Shown here in pieces: positions 30,743-41,340 of a stretch of DNA of 64,000 nucleotides. The number at the start of each line of letters is the position of its first letter. Positions within the stretch are counted from its first letter, which is position 1. The notes beneath the pieces were generated by a model, which saw nothing but the letters and a program-made list of their open reading frames with translations, was not told the DNA's origin and searched no databases. The translations under genes and the position numbers were made by a program. Source of the DNA: an uncultured Acidobacteriota bacterium (GTDB lineage: Bacteria; Acidobacteriota; UBA6911); contig CAWHCF010000020.1 of assembly GCA_963827655.1 (NCBI GenBank), positions 32,001 to 96,000 of the forward strand. The letters are read 5' to 3'.

Positions 30743-33700
30743 TGCGGCTCTCTCACCTGCAGCACCTGATTCGCAGGCACCTTCTTGAGCACCTGAACCG
30801 CGCCGCTCGGCCAGCGAATCTCGATCTCATCGACGATCTCGAGCTCCCCGAGCCCGAAATGAATCGACGCAGGGCTCGACGAGGCATAGCCCACGCTTGT
30901 GGTGGCCTGGTTATGCCGGCCGCCGATTCGGACACGCGCGCCCAGAGCCTGGCGATTGCTGCGCGTGCCTTCGAGTTGCAGGTCCAGCCAGTGGTTGCGC
31001 TCGTCGCTTTCATTCTTCCAAAGCTCTGCGGGACCTCCGAGCGCGCTCACGACCACGTCGATCCGACCGTCATTGTTGAAGTCAGCGAAGGCGGCTCCCC
31101 GGTGCGGCGCTCGTGAGCGGAGCAGTTCGTCCGTGGTCGCCTCCTCGAACGTGCCGTTTCCAGCATTCGCGAACACGCTGTTCGATTGCCGGTAGCGGTC
31201 TGTATGATCCGAGACATGGGAGTTGGCGGAGAAGATGTCTTTCCAGCCGTCATTGTTGAAGTCGTACAGCCCGACGCTCCAGCCGCTCCGTTCGAAGCTC
31301 AGTAGCCCGACACGGCTCGGATAGGTAGCGTCGCGGAAGAAGCCCTTACCCTGGTTGCGAAAGACCGGAAAAGTCTCTCCGCTCAGAGCAGTGACAATGA
31401 TGTCGGGCAGGCCATCGCCGTCGTAGTCGCGGAAGTCGGCCCCCATGCTCGAAATGGCCCGGCCATCATCGTTGACGGCGACGCCGGCCTGAAGACCGGT
31501 CTCGTCGAAGGTCCCGTCGCCGCGGTTCCGGAAGAGAAAGTTCGGCACAGTGTCATTGGTCACGAATGCGTCCATGCGACCGTCGCCGTCGTAGTCGGCA
31601 AATGCCACGCTCATCCCCTTTCCCGCGTGGGCAGCGATCCCGCTCTTCACCGAGACGTTTTCGAAGCTCCCGTCACCACGGTTGCGGTAGAGCGCATTGG
31701 GAAGGGCGTCGTACCGGTCGGGATGACAGTAGACGCGGAGTTTGCCCGCAGGGTCCAGACACAGGGGCTCGGACGCGGCCGACCACTTGACGTAGTTCAC
31801 GATGAAAAGGTCGAGGCGCCCGTCGTTATCGTAGTCGAACCACCCGGCTGCAACCGACCAGCAATCGCTCTTGATGCCCGCGCGTTCGGTGACATCCTCG
31901 AAGGTACCGTCTCCCCGGTTCCGGTAAAGGATATTCCGGTTCACTCCGGCGACGAACAGGTCCGTGAAGCCGTCGTTGTCGAAATCGGCGGCGGCCGCGC
32001 CCATCGAGTATCCATGGCCGGCGACGCGAGCCGTTTCGGTGACGTCGGTGAACTTCAGGCCGCCGTCGTTGCGGTAGAGGCGGTTCCAGTATTTCGAGGA
32101 TTCTTTCTCGAGTGATGGAATGGCGGCGCCGTTGGTGAAAAAGATATCGACCCGGCCGTCGTTGTTGTAATCGAAGGCGGCGATCCCCCCGGCCATGGTC
32201 TCGATCAGGCGTTTTTCCGGAGTGCCGTGATTCTCGAGTGTGAAGTTCAACCCCGCCTCGCCGGCGATGTTGCGGAAGCGGATCGGTGCGGCGCCGCGGG
32301 CCGGACCCGAGCGGCCCTTCGCGATGCCGTCCGATCGGATCTGCGCCAGCAGTCTGCGGGCAGGCTCGTACGGGCCGGCCGCCTCCAGGTCGGACGCGGC
32401 CTCCGGGAGTTTTCCAGCCTCGACCAGCACCCGCGCCCGGTGATAGCGCGCCTCGGCCGAGGCAGGATTCTGTCCCACCGCCGCCGTGAGTCGCGCCAGG
32501 GCCTCGTCGGAGCGCCCGAGCCGCAGCAACAGAACGCCCGCGTTCAGGTGCGCATCGAAGAACTGAGGATCGGCCTTCAGGGCGGCCTCGTACTCGGCGA
32601 GCGCCTGCTGATTGCGATTCGTCTCGACCAGAATCAAACCCAGCAGAGTGTGCGCCCGGGCGGGCGGTTCGCCCAGCTCCAGCGCGCGCCGGGCGCTTCG
32701 TTCAGCTTCGTCGAGCAGGCCTCGCAAGTACTGAACCCGTCCCAGGTAGAAATGCGACGGCGCGTCGCGTGGCCGGCGTTCCACGGCATCGCGAAAAGTC
32801 TTTTCGGCCAGTTCGAGCTGCCCTGCCTGCTGAAGCGAGAGTCCGTACAGCAAGCGGCCTGCGAAGTCGTCGGCGTGTTGCTCGAGGTGGCGCGCGAAGG
32901 CGCGGGCCGCCTCGGCGAACTTTCTTTCGCGGTAGAGCGCGACGGCCCGCTCGCGCTCCGGGATGCCCTCCAGAAGCTGGCGCGCTCCATCCAGCAGTGG
33001 ATCGCGCTCGAGGGCGCGGAGGAGATAAACGGCGGCGCCTGCAGCGTCGCCGGCGCCGCGCAGGGCGGCCGCCAGGTTCAAAAGCCGGGCCGGGTCATTG
33101 GGGTTTTCGGCGAGCGCTTTCTCGAAATGCCGCGCCGCCTCGACCGTGTCGTTGCGCTTCATCAGGACGAGCCCCAGGGCGGTCTGGACGTCGGCGTCAG
33201 GCTCGCGCAATTCCGAAAGAAGCCGGAACCCTTCGTTCAAGTGAAATGCGGAACCGTCGCGCTCACCCATGCTCACGTAAGCGAGTCCCAGGTTGCGTCC
33301 GGCCAGCTCTTGCGGCGGCTCGCGCCAGGCGCGTAGCCTCACAGGGCCGGGGGCCGCCGGCGCCGCTTCCGGCACGCGCCGGATCCGATGATCGGTGTAG
33401 GCGGTGTGGGCCACTTCGGTTCCGCGCTTCGGCATATGACATCCGGCGCAGTCCGGCGCCGGCTGAGGATGTGAGGGAGAGAGGCTGGCATGACACCCGG
33501 TGCAGCGGGCACGGTAGTTGTCGCCTCGATTGGCTGACGGATCGTGCGGATTGTGGCATGTGCCACACCAGAAGCGGTTGCCGCTAACCTGGGCGCAACG
33601 GCTCAGGGCTAGCTGTTCCGAGTGACTGGTGACCTTGAAGGGGCCGGGCCGTTCGCCGACGTAAACCGAAAAAATCTCCTCGAGCGTTCGGCCTGCGACG

Positions 33701-34341
33701 AAGTCCCTGATCAATCGGCCCGGGTTAGGGATGCGCGCCTCACCGCCGAGGTGGCACTGCTCGCAGACGCTGTCGCGCGCGGCCGCCGGAAGTCGCCGCG
33801 GGTTGACGATGGTTTCCGCGGAGGGTCGCGCGAGATGCCCGGCCGTCGGGCCGTGGCAGCGTTCGCAATCAATGGGGCGCGGAGCCGCGGCATCGCCGCT
33901 CGCGTGACAGAAAAGGCACTCGTCAGTGATCCGGCGCCGGAAGCCCGGCGCCCGGTCCGATTCGTAGCCGGGTGAGAGATCCCAGGCCTGGCGGTGGGTG
34001 TAGTAAGAGACCGGCGACTGAACCAGGTGGTCGCCTGCCCGGGCGGCGTAGCTTCGACCCTGGCGCCCGGAGCCGATGAAGAGCTCGATGGGGTATTCCG
34101 CGATCTCGGCCGCTCGCTCCAGCCGGTGACGCATCCCGGTCGAGTCGGCGGTGACGGTGAACCGGGTTCCCGAGAGCGAATGGGCCACGGCCCCCGCCGG
34201 GTGGCCGGCGGGTGACCCCACGGACTGGCCCATCCCAGTCAGTTTGTAGGTCTGAACCTCTTGGGGATGGCAGGCCGCGCACGGGTGCGCCGCATCAGCT
34301 CGAGGGGTTGCAAGAGCCAGCGCAAGCCACAGAACGTGCAT
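30739..34341 (-). CDS. Multiheme cytochrome c (7 CxxCH) + TPR + FG-GAP/CRTAC1 + ASPIC/UnbV fusion
   Basis: Signal peptide; CAACH, CLFCH, CERCH, CEQCH, CGTCH, CTGCH, CAGCH; TPR-like helices; DYNNDG repeats; HFGLG...IRWPSG. Confidence 0.9.
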   Translation of the reverse strand: MHVLWLALALATPRADAAHPCAACHPQEVQTYKLTGMGQSVGSPAGHPAGAVAHSLSGTRFTVTADSTGMRHRLERAAEIAEYPIELFIGSGRQGRSYAARAGDHLVQSPVSYYTHRQAWDLSPGYESDRAPGFRRRITDECLFCHASGDAAAPRPIDCERCHGPTAGHLARPSAETIVNPRRLPAAARDSVCEQCHLGGEARIPNPGRLIRDFVAGRTLEEIFSVYVGERPGPFKVTSHSEQLALSRCAQVSGNRFWCGTCHNPHDPSANRGDNYRARCTGCHASLSPSHPQPAPDCAGCHMPKRGTEVAHTAYTDHRIRRVPEAAPAAPGPVRLRAWREPPQELAGRNLGLAYVSMGERDGSAFHLNEGFRLLSELREPDADVQTALGLVLMKRNDTVEAARHFEKALAENPNDPARLLNLAAALRGAGDAAGAAVYLLRALERDPLLDGARQLLEGIPERERAVALYRERKFAEAARAFARHLEQHADDFAGRLLYGLSLQQAGQLELAEKTFRDAVERRPRDAPSHFYLGRVQYLRGLLDEAERSARRALELGEPPARAHTLLGLILVETNRNQQALAEYEAALKADPQFFDAHLNAGVLLLRLGRSDEALARLTAAVGQNPASAEARYHRARVLVEAGKLPEAASDLEAAGPYEPARRLLAQIRSDGIAKGRSGPARGAAPIRFRNIAGEAGLNFTLENHGTPEKRLIETMAGGIAAFDYNNDGRVDIFFTNGAAIPSLEKESSKYWNRLYRNDGGLKFTDVTETARVAGHGYSMGAAAADFDNDGFTDLFVAGVNRNILYRNRGDGTFEDVTERAGIKSDCWSVAAGWFDYDNDGRLDLFIVNYVKWSAASEPLCLDPAGKLRVYCHPDRYDALPNALYRNRGDGSFENVSVKSGIAAHAGKGMSVAFADYDGDGRMDAFVTNDTVPNFLFRNRGDGTFDETGLQAGVAVNDDGRAISSMGADFRDYDGDGLPDIIVTALSGETFPVFRNQGKGFFRDATYPSRVGLLSFERSGWSVGLYDFNNDGWKDIFSANSHVSDHTDRYRQSNSVFANAGNGTFEEATTDELLRSRAPHRGAAFADFNNDGRIDVVVSALGGPAELWKNESDERNHWLDLQLEGTRSNRQALGARVRIGGRHNQATTSVGYASSSPASIHFGLGELEIVDEIEIRWPSGAVQVLKKVPANQVLQVREPH

Positions 34342-34354
34342 CGCCCGATTTTAT

Positions 34355-34432
34355 TGGCGTCTTCGTGTCTTCGTGGTTAGCGCTTCGGAAGAAATACCGC
34401 CAGGACGCGAAGACACGAAGAAACGCCACGAA
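34355..34432. repeat. Composite family A unit
   Basis: tggcgtcttcgtgtcttcgtggttagcgc...aataccgccaggacgcgaagacacgaagaaacgc. Confidence 0.8.
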
Positions 34433-34867
34433 CTAGTTCGGCAGCCGCAGCGATTGATGCGCTACCAGTTGCCAGCGCCCGTTTTGATGGACCCACGTGT
34501 GCACGAAGCGAAGGTGAGCGGGACTGACCGGGCCGCCTTTCTGCGATGTCTCGATCCGTACCACGGCGGTCGCCACTGCGGCGTTGCCGCCCGCGTAAAT
34601 CCGCGCATCGAGCGATTCGTAATCAATCTTGTGGTATTTGCGCGCACCGGAGAGATTGTCGATGTATATCTTCTTGGAGTCGGTCTCTCCGTTCGAGTGC
34701 GTGTAGGTCAGGTCATCGGCCAGCAGATTCTGGAGCGCAGCGGCGTCACCCTTGACGGTAGCAGCCGCCCAGGCCCGGTCGGCGTTTTTGACCGCCTCGA
34801 CCGTCTTCGAGTCTGCAGCCATCAGGGCGGTGCCGGCCAGCAAGCCGAGAAGCAGGATCTTCAACAT
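34433..34867 (-). CDS. NTF2-like DUF4440 protein, exported
   Basis: LLADDLTYTHSNG...WVHQNGRWQLVAHQS. Confidence 0.88.
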   Translation of the reverse strand: MLKILLLGLLAGTALMAADSKTVEAVKNADRAWAAATVKGDAAALQNLLADDLTYTHSNGETDSKKIYIDNLSGARKYHKIDYESLDARIYAGGNAAVATAVVRIETSQKGGPVSPAHLRFVHTWVHQNGRWQLVAHQSLRLPN

Positions 34868-35003
34868 GATTCAGGATCTCCTTTCGCAACAAGACTGCAT
34901 CATAGAACAGCCCGGTTCTGGCGTGGAAGACAGTTTCCCCGGCTTCAACGACGGTTGGCCTCGATTCTTCACATACGCTCAAACGCGGTCGCGTCTTTGA
35001 CTC

Positions 35004-35807
35004 TTATTTGCCCTTGGCTCTCGCGACGGGCGAATCTCCGCCGTATGGCTGATAGGCTTTGTCGGCCCGCGCGGCGTCCTCGCCGGTCAACTCGTGCTCC
35101 GAATCGAGGAATTGACGGACTCTCGAGGCCCACTCATCAAAGGCTTCCTTGGCCGCCGCAAACTTCTGCATACGGGAGAAGTTGACGGCGCCTACCTCCG
35201 CTCCTGCGCCCAGATTGCTCCTGTCGACCATGGCCGCGATCCGATCGCCGGTCTGTGAATCGACCAGCTCCATCTCGACACCGACCTTGCCGATATTCAA
35301 GGCCCGCTGGAGCGGCTTGCCGGTCTCTGCCGGAATGTCTCCTGCAGCCACCTCGCCCCCGACATCGACGCCGATGAGGGCGGTTCGCAAGCGAAGAACC
35401 ATCGGCCCTGGGGCATCGACCACCGGGAAGGCGTCGGACACAGCCTTGATGAGGGCGTAATGGAAGTAATTCGTCAATGCCTTACGCGAGTCCTCGTTAA
35501 CCTTGCTCTCGTCGGCATCGGTGGCGATGTAGACGTCTATCGGATCGACCACGATCGCGAAGTAGCTGCGCAGATTCTTCTGGGCATCTGGACTGGCATA
35601 GGTCCGCGCATCACCTTCAAGCTTGGGGTTGGGCTTTAACGCCGAGTAGTCCTTCAGAAAGCCGGAAAACTCCTGCCCGGCCGCCATCTTTTTCACGGCT
35701 GTCCTCGTCTCCGCGGCCGGTTTCGGCGTCTGCGAACATCCCATGACCAGTGCGAGCGGCAGCACAAAAGTTAGGCAACGGGACACCGTTCTTAATCTCT
35801 TCAGCAT
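35004..35807 (-). CDS. DUF3313-like lipoprotein
   Basis: LVMGC lipobox; SGFLKDYS; EMELVDSQTG.RIAAMVD. Confidence 0.8.
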   Translation of the reverse strand: MLKRLRTVSRCLTFVLPLALVMGCSQTPKPAAETRTAVKKMAAGQEFSGFLKDYSALKPNPKLEGDARTYASPDAQKNLRSYFAIVVDPIDVYIATDADESKVNEDSRKALTNYFHYALIKAVSDAFPVVDAPGPMVLRLRTALIGVDVGGEVAAGDIPAETGKPLQRALNIGKVGVEMELVDSQTGDRIAAMVDRSNLGAGAEVGAVNFSRMQKFAAAKEAFDEWASRVRQFLDSEHELTGEDAARADKAYQPYGGDSPVARAKGK

Positions 35808-35853
35808 GTTTCCCTCCATTACATTCCCAAAATCCACTCACTATGACCCGGGG

Positions 35854-36708
35854 TCAGCTCTTCTTGCTGGCCGGCTCCTGAATCCGCAGCAGGTTGAAGA
35901 CGTGGAACGCGAGCGGCACCGAGTTGGCCTGTATGGTGGCGATGTCGGAGTCCGCTTTGCTCGCCACGTTGCCGAGCAGGATGATGTTGCCGTTCTTTAC
36001 GACGATCTTGATATCGGAGCCGCTGCCCCAGAAGTATCTCGAAAGGTGGCGCTGCAGCGCAGCCCGGGTGGCCGCCCGGATGTCCATGTCCATGCTGCCC
36101 AGCGGCAGTATCTCGATGTTGTTGACGATCCCCTTGACTCCTTCAATCATCTTGATGCGATTGTACGCCTCCGACCGGTTGGTCTGGCGCACGGTCCAGC
36201 CGGTCAGGATGACATCTTCGCCCACCATGGTGAAGGAGATGAAATCGAACTGGCTGATGTAGGGCATCATCGCCAGTTCGTGCCGGACCTTCTCGAAAAT
36301 CTCCGGCGAACCCTTGGCCTTGAAATGCCGGACATCGAGCAGCCTGCGGCTGGGGTCGTCCTCCGGGATGCTGCTCACTTCCAGCGGGTTGGCGGACTGG
36401 AGCTTCATTTCTCCCGATTTCAACTTGATTTCGCCCGTGACCTCGGAGAACTTGCCGACATAGTCTTTTATCATCTTCTGCTTGTTGACGTCGAAGACGG
36501 TGTTGTCCTTCAGGCGGACCACGACTGGATTCGATCCCTCCTTATGCGTCTTCTCGCTGCACGCGACCCGCTCAGTTGTAATGGGACCGAGCATCAGACG
36601 CGCGCACAGGTCGGAGTCCACGTAGGCGTGGAAGGTTGCGACTTCATCTTTGGCGCACAGCACGCCGCCCACCAGCAGGATGAGCATGACTAAAAACGTT
36701 TTCTTCAT
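35854..36708 (-). CDS. BON-domain protein, exported
   Basis: Two BON repeats (VILTGW...GVKGIVNNIE; IVVKNGNIILLG...FHVFNLL). Confidence 0.85.
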   Translation of the reverse strand: MKKTFLVMLILLVGGVLCAKDEVATFHAYVDSDLCARLMLGPITTERVACSEKTHKEGSNPVVVRLKDNTVFDVNKQKMIKDYVGKFSEVTGEIKLKSGEMKLQSANPLEVSSIPEDDPSRRLLDVRHFKAKGSPEIFEKVRHELAMMPYISQFDFISFTMVGEDVILTGWTVRQTNRSEAYNRIKMIEGVKGIVNNIEILPLGSMDMDIRAATRAALQRHLSRYFWGSGSDIKIVVKNGNIILLGNVASKADSDIATIQANSVPLAFHVFNLLRIQEPASKKS

Positions 36709-37242
36709 TTTTCGTCCCCTTTGTGCGATATGGGTTTATCCGGCGGGTTGAACTCGTCCGACGCCGCTCAGTCCCCCGATAATGGCGTTCCCCTTTACCC
36801 GCCCGTTTCGTCCTCGTTCCCGCGCGGGTCAAAAAGGCCAGACTCAAGACGACAGGTTTAGACTCTGCGTCCGAACTCCAGTTTGGTCTCTTCAACGATG
36901 CGCGGGCCAGTCACAAAATAACCTGGTAGTGCGAACAAGATTCAGCGGCATTATATGACAGAATCGGAGCCGCTGGGCTGGGATTCTTGGGTGAGGTTTC
37001 ACGCGAACGAACGGGCTGTTCTTGACAGACGGGGTCTCGTGGGTCTGGTCGGACACCGGTGCGGCCGGCGGGAATCGGGTCCTTTCGTGAGGCTGGGCCG
37101 CTGAATTCGCTGTCCCGGTGTGTTCTTCTTGCCTGGTGGGTGGGTAACGGGTTCGGGCCGCGCCCGTCCTGCGCTCCGGCCCGAGCGAATCGGTTAGGCG
37201 ATGAGCAAGCGATCGCGGTCGATAGTTTCACTCAACAACGGC

Positions 37243-37271
37243 TTGACATAGCTCCATTCCGAGCTTAGCGT
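37243..37271 (+). promoter_or_regulatory. Sigma70-like promoter
   Basis: TTGACA-17 bp-TAGCGT upstream of a GGAGGAG RBS and the ATG at 37303. Confidence 0.5.
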
Positions 37272-37302
37272 TTCCCCAAGTTCTCAAATCGGAGGAGTCA
37301 CC

Positions 37303-39325
37303 ATGATCGGTTCGGTCCTGCGCACCATCCTTATAATCGCTGCATTCGCCGACATCGCTTCAGGCTGAGGTCGTCCGGGTTGAGGTCAAGTCGCGCGTCG
37401 ATATTCTCGCCGGCAAGTCCTTCGGCCAGGCAGGTGCCTACGAAAAGCTTTCGGGAAAGGTGCACTTCGCCGTGGATCCGCGCAACAGCGCGAATCAGAT
37501 TATCACGGACATCGATAAGGCCCCGAAGAACGCGGCAGGCAAGGTCGAGTTTTCCTCCGACTTCTACCTGATCAAGCCGAAGAACCTGGAACGCGGCAAC
37601 GGAACTTTGCTTTACGAGGTTTCCAATCGCGGCGGCAAGGGAATGGTAGGCTTTTTCAATTTCGCGTCCGGCAGTCTTGATCCGCAGACAGCGGACCAGT
37701 TTGGCGATGCTTTTTTGCTGGAGCAAGGATTCACGCTGCTGTGGCTGGGATGGCAATTCGATCCACCCCAGCGCGAGGAACTCATGCGCGTTTACGCTCC
37801 GGTGGCGCGCGCGGCGGACGGCAGTCCGATTCAGGGACTCGTGCGCAGCAATTTCGTTCCGACCCAGAAGGTCCAGGAGGCGTCACTCGCCGACCGCAAT
37901 CACATGGCGTACCCGGTGGCCGATCCCAAAGATTCCGCCAGCGTGCTCACGGTCCGCGACTCGGCCGAAGGGGCGAGCCGCACAATTCCGCGCGATCAAT
38001 GGGATTTTACGCCCGACCGCACACGCGTGCGCATGGCGACCGGTTTCGAGCCGCACAAGATCTACGAGGTCGTGTACAAATCGCAGGATCCGCCGGTGGT
38101 GGGCGTGGGTCCGGCGGCGGTGCGCGATATGGTGTCGATGTTGAAGTATGGATCGTCTGCCGAGCTTTCCGTGGCGCCGAGGCGGGATCAAACGCGCGAT
38201 TGCGTTCGGTATCTCCCAGAGCGGGCGCTTCCTCCGCACTTATCTCTACTACGGCTTCAACGAGGACGAAGCGCACCGGAAGGTGTTCGACGGGATCATG
38301 GCTCACGTGGCAGGCAGCGGCCGCGGCAGCTTCAATCATCGGTTCGCCCAGCCGTCGCGCGACGCGCATCCGCACTTGAATTTTTTATATCCGACGGACA
38401 TTTTCCCGTTTACCGACGCGCCGCAGACCGATCCTGAGACTGGCGCCCGCGACGGCATGATGACCCACGGCACGAAGCCTCAGTTCATGCCGAAAGTCTT
38501 CTACACGAACTCGTCATATGAGTATTGGGGGCGCGCCGCATCGCTGTTCCACACAACGGTCGACGGGCTTAAAGACGCGTCCGTTGCTGCCGAATACGCG
38601 CGCCTACCTGTTGTCGGCCGGCCAGCACGGCCCCGCCCCATTTCCCCCCTCACGCTCGATCGGACAGCAGCTGAACAACCCGCTCGACTTCCGCTGGGCC
38701 ATGCGCAAGCTTCTGGTCTCAATGAATCGCTGGATCACGGACGGAACCGAGCCGCCCGAGAGCCGCTATCCGCGCATCGCAGACGGCACGCTTGTCCCGC
38801 CGGACAAGTTGAAATTCCCGAAGATTCCGAACGTGAATCTTGCGACGACTCCTCACAAGGCCTATCGCACGGACTACGGTCCCGACTTTCTCAAGAAGGG
38901 AATCATCACACAGGAACCTCCCAAAGTCGGTTCGTCTTTCCCGATTCTCGTGCCACAAGTCGACGCTGACGGAAACGAGCTTGCCGGCATCCGGATGCCG
39001 GAACTCGCGGTGCCGATCGCAACGTATACCGGATGGAATTTGTTCAACCAGCAGTCCGGTCCAACCAGCGTCGTCTCGAGCATGCAGGGCTCATTCATCC
39101 CATTCTCCCCGCACCCGCGCCGACCGCGAACGAACCAAAGACCCTCGCCTTTCAATCGAAGAGCGCTACCAGAGCCGAAAGCAGTACCTCGAGCTGGTCT
39201 CCAAAGCGGCCGCAGACCTGGTTGAGAAGGGATACTTGTTAAAGGAGGACGTGCCGCGAATCCTGGCGCAGGCCGAAACTCGCTGGGACTACATGCTGTC
39301 TCAACCTGCGGGAAGCTCTCATTGA
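37303..39325 (+). CDS. Exported alpha/beta-hydrolase domain protein (several frameshifts)
   Basis: YEVSNRGG, GWQFD, FGISQSGRFLR, NSSYEYWGR, VPQVDADGN, SIEERY. Confidence 0.82.
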
Positions 39326-39410
39326 CTCGTGGAGATCTCAGTACACGGTTTTCCTGATGGCTTTAGGGTGTGCCGTGCTTGCCCAAGGCGAAGCAGAGCT
39401 TCTGCCAAAC

Positions 39411-39671
39411 TAAGGGCTCGTCGCAAGAAATAACTTCACATTCTGCGCGGTCAGAATCGGTGGGCGGAGTTGTTAAACCCCTACTGTTTCTGTTAGCTGC
39501 CGCTGGTCTTGGCACCCGTCGAGATCGCGCCCCTTCGGGCTGCGGCCCGCAGGCCCGCTGGCTTTGTTGCTCGCTCCTCACGTACCGCGCCCGGTACGCA
39601 TCGTCGCTCGTGCCTCGCCAGCGGGCCTGGGCCTGCAGCAGAATGTGAACCTATTTCTGCGCGAACCCTAA
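39411..39671. mobile_element. MITE with ~35-bp imperfect terminal inverted repeats
   Basis: taagggctcgtcgcaagaaataacttcacattctgc ... gcagaatgtgaacctatttctgcgcgaaccctaa; partial second copy at 53762-53879. Confidence 0.72.
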
Positions 39672-39700
39672 GACGCCAGGATCGAGTCTGTGACGACCTG

Positions 39701-40453
39701 TCATTGCTTGTTCGTGTAAATATGCCAGGGATACTCCAAGCCCATCTCCGGCGGACCCCCTTCAAATTTCGCGATCCTCCGGAGAAATCCGGAGTTCTCC
39801 ATGGCCGCGCAATAGGTCGGATTCACGTACGCAATGAATACTTGGCGCGGATGCTTTTCCAGAGACTTCTTCATATTGTCGATGACCGGACTCATGACGG
39901 GGAGTTCGAACGGATCGAAGAAATAGAACACGGTGTTTTCGATAGGCAGCTGATACGATGCGGCATCGAGGCATTCGAGCTCGAATTGCTTGCATTTCTG
40001 AGTCCCCGGTCGGTAAATGCGCACATTTTTCTGCGCCGCTTCGTGAAGCTTGGGCGAAAACTCCACGCCGATGACCCTCTTAAAAGGGAACTCCGATGCC
40101 AGCAGGAGAGTCCGGCCTTTGCCCGATCCGAAATCCACGAAGATAAAGTCTTCGTGGCGAATGTTCATAGTCCCGATGATGCGCTCGAACGTGCGGGGGA
40201 GAGTCGCCCGATAGAGAGAGGCGTACCGGACATTTTCAGAGGTGCGTCCAAAATCCGCAGGTCCCAGCATGGCGGTCGTGTCGGTACCGTATCGCCGGTC
40301 GAAGCCGTCTTGCTCCTCAAAATTCCTCCAGACCTTGCGGCGTTTCAGGTAGGTCTTGAGATAGCGCGGCCCCTGTTTCATGGTTCCCAAAACGCCGCGC
40401 TCGTTGAGTGAGGTCTGGGCGATCTTGAGCAGATGTGTCAGTTCAGCAGCCAT
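39701..40453 (-). CDS. Class I SAM-dependent methyltransferase
   Basis: FVDFGSGKGR, IGVEFS, CLDAA, YFFDPF. Confidence 0.88.
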   Translation of the reverse strand: MAAELTHLLKIAQTSLNERGVLGTMKQGPRYLKTYLKRRKVWRNFEEQDGFDRRYGTDTTAMLGPADFGRTSENVRYASLYRATLPRTFERIIGTMNIRHEDFIFVDFGSGKGRTLLLASEFPFKRVIGVEFSPKLHEAAQKNVRIYRPGTQKCKQFELECLDAASYQLPIENTVFYFFDPFELPVMSPVIDNMKKSLEKHPRQVFIAYVNPTYCAAMENSGFLRRIAKFEGGPPEMGLEYPWHIYTNKQ

Positions 40454-41086
40454 TTCTTATATCCTCGAAGGCAAAGTTGAATCCAAACTTGTGAAGCGCT
40501 CGATCGTGTCTCCGTGGATTCTTTTGCACCCACTCACGACCGAGACACGAGAACGCGGAATCAGATCCTGATTTCCGCTTGCGCCGAGTTGCGCACCAAT
40601 TGAACCTCTCGCGTTGACTTCATGAACCGGAGCGCGCGCGATCCGGAGACCGGCGCCGAATAAGAATTCGTCGACGATTCCCGCGTTAATCAAAGGGTGC
40701 AATGCTGGTATGTTCGAAAAGCTGCCGCGCGCGGCTTGGGGGGCGTCAAACGTCCTGGGCATTAACGCTTCTTCAGGGCGCGAGGCCTGTCTCTACCGGC
40801 TACCTTCTGGCTGCTGTACGAACATATGTCCTTCGCCAACATTCTAGCTGGCTCGCACAGAGGACGCATCGGCGCCCGCGACCATTTTTGATGGGCGAGA
40901 AGGACCAATTTAGAGGGGATCCGCCTGGGCCGTTGCACCTACCCCGAGGGGCACAAATGTGCCTGTCCTCACCAAAGCTACTGACGTGCGGGGCTACTCA
41001 CTGACGGGCCTTCGGCTCTGGGCGACAACACCGCCGACTCCTACCGCTCTGGCCAATACGTTAGCGTATTTATGAACTAACCGACT

Positions 41087-41180
41087 GAGCAAGCTACCGC
41101 ACTCCAGAACCGCGCCTTTGGTGTGCGCAAGCATGCTTGAGCCTTGTGTTTGAGGCAGCTTGCTGCCGCACACCCAAGTG
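41087..41180. repeat. REP-like GCAAGCT(G/A)CCGCACTCCA family (family E)
   Basis: agcaagctaccgcactccag and gcagcttgctgccgcacacccaa; relatives near 7722, 45121, 57215 and 60995. Confidence 0.6.
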
Positions 41181-41340
41181 ATCGAGTCTCGGACAAACGG
41201 CAACCTCGTTTTTCTCACCTCAGGTCCGTTTTTCCGTCCTACCTAGCCATTTGGGCGATGCGCCCATCTTCGAGCCCGCGCTAAGCTTGGGATTGTCTTG
41301 GCGGCATATCCGGCTAGAAAATGAAACTTTGGAGGAACCG

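Noticed and set aside
40457-41080. Short ORFs upstream of the methyltransferase
   Set aside because: No convincing RBS or motif; at most decayed fragments
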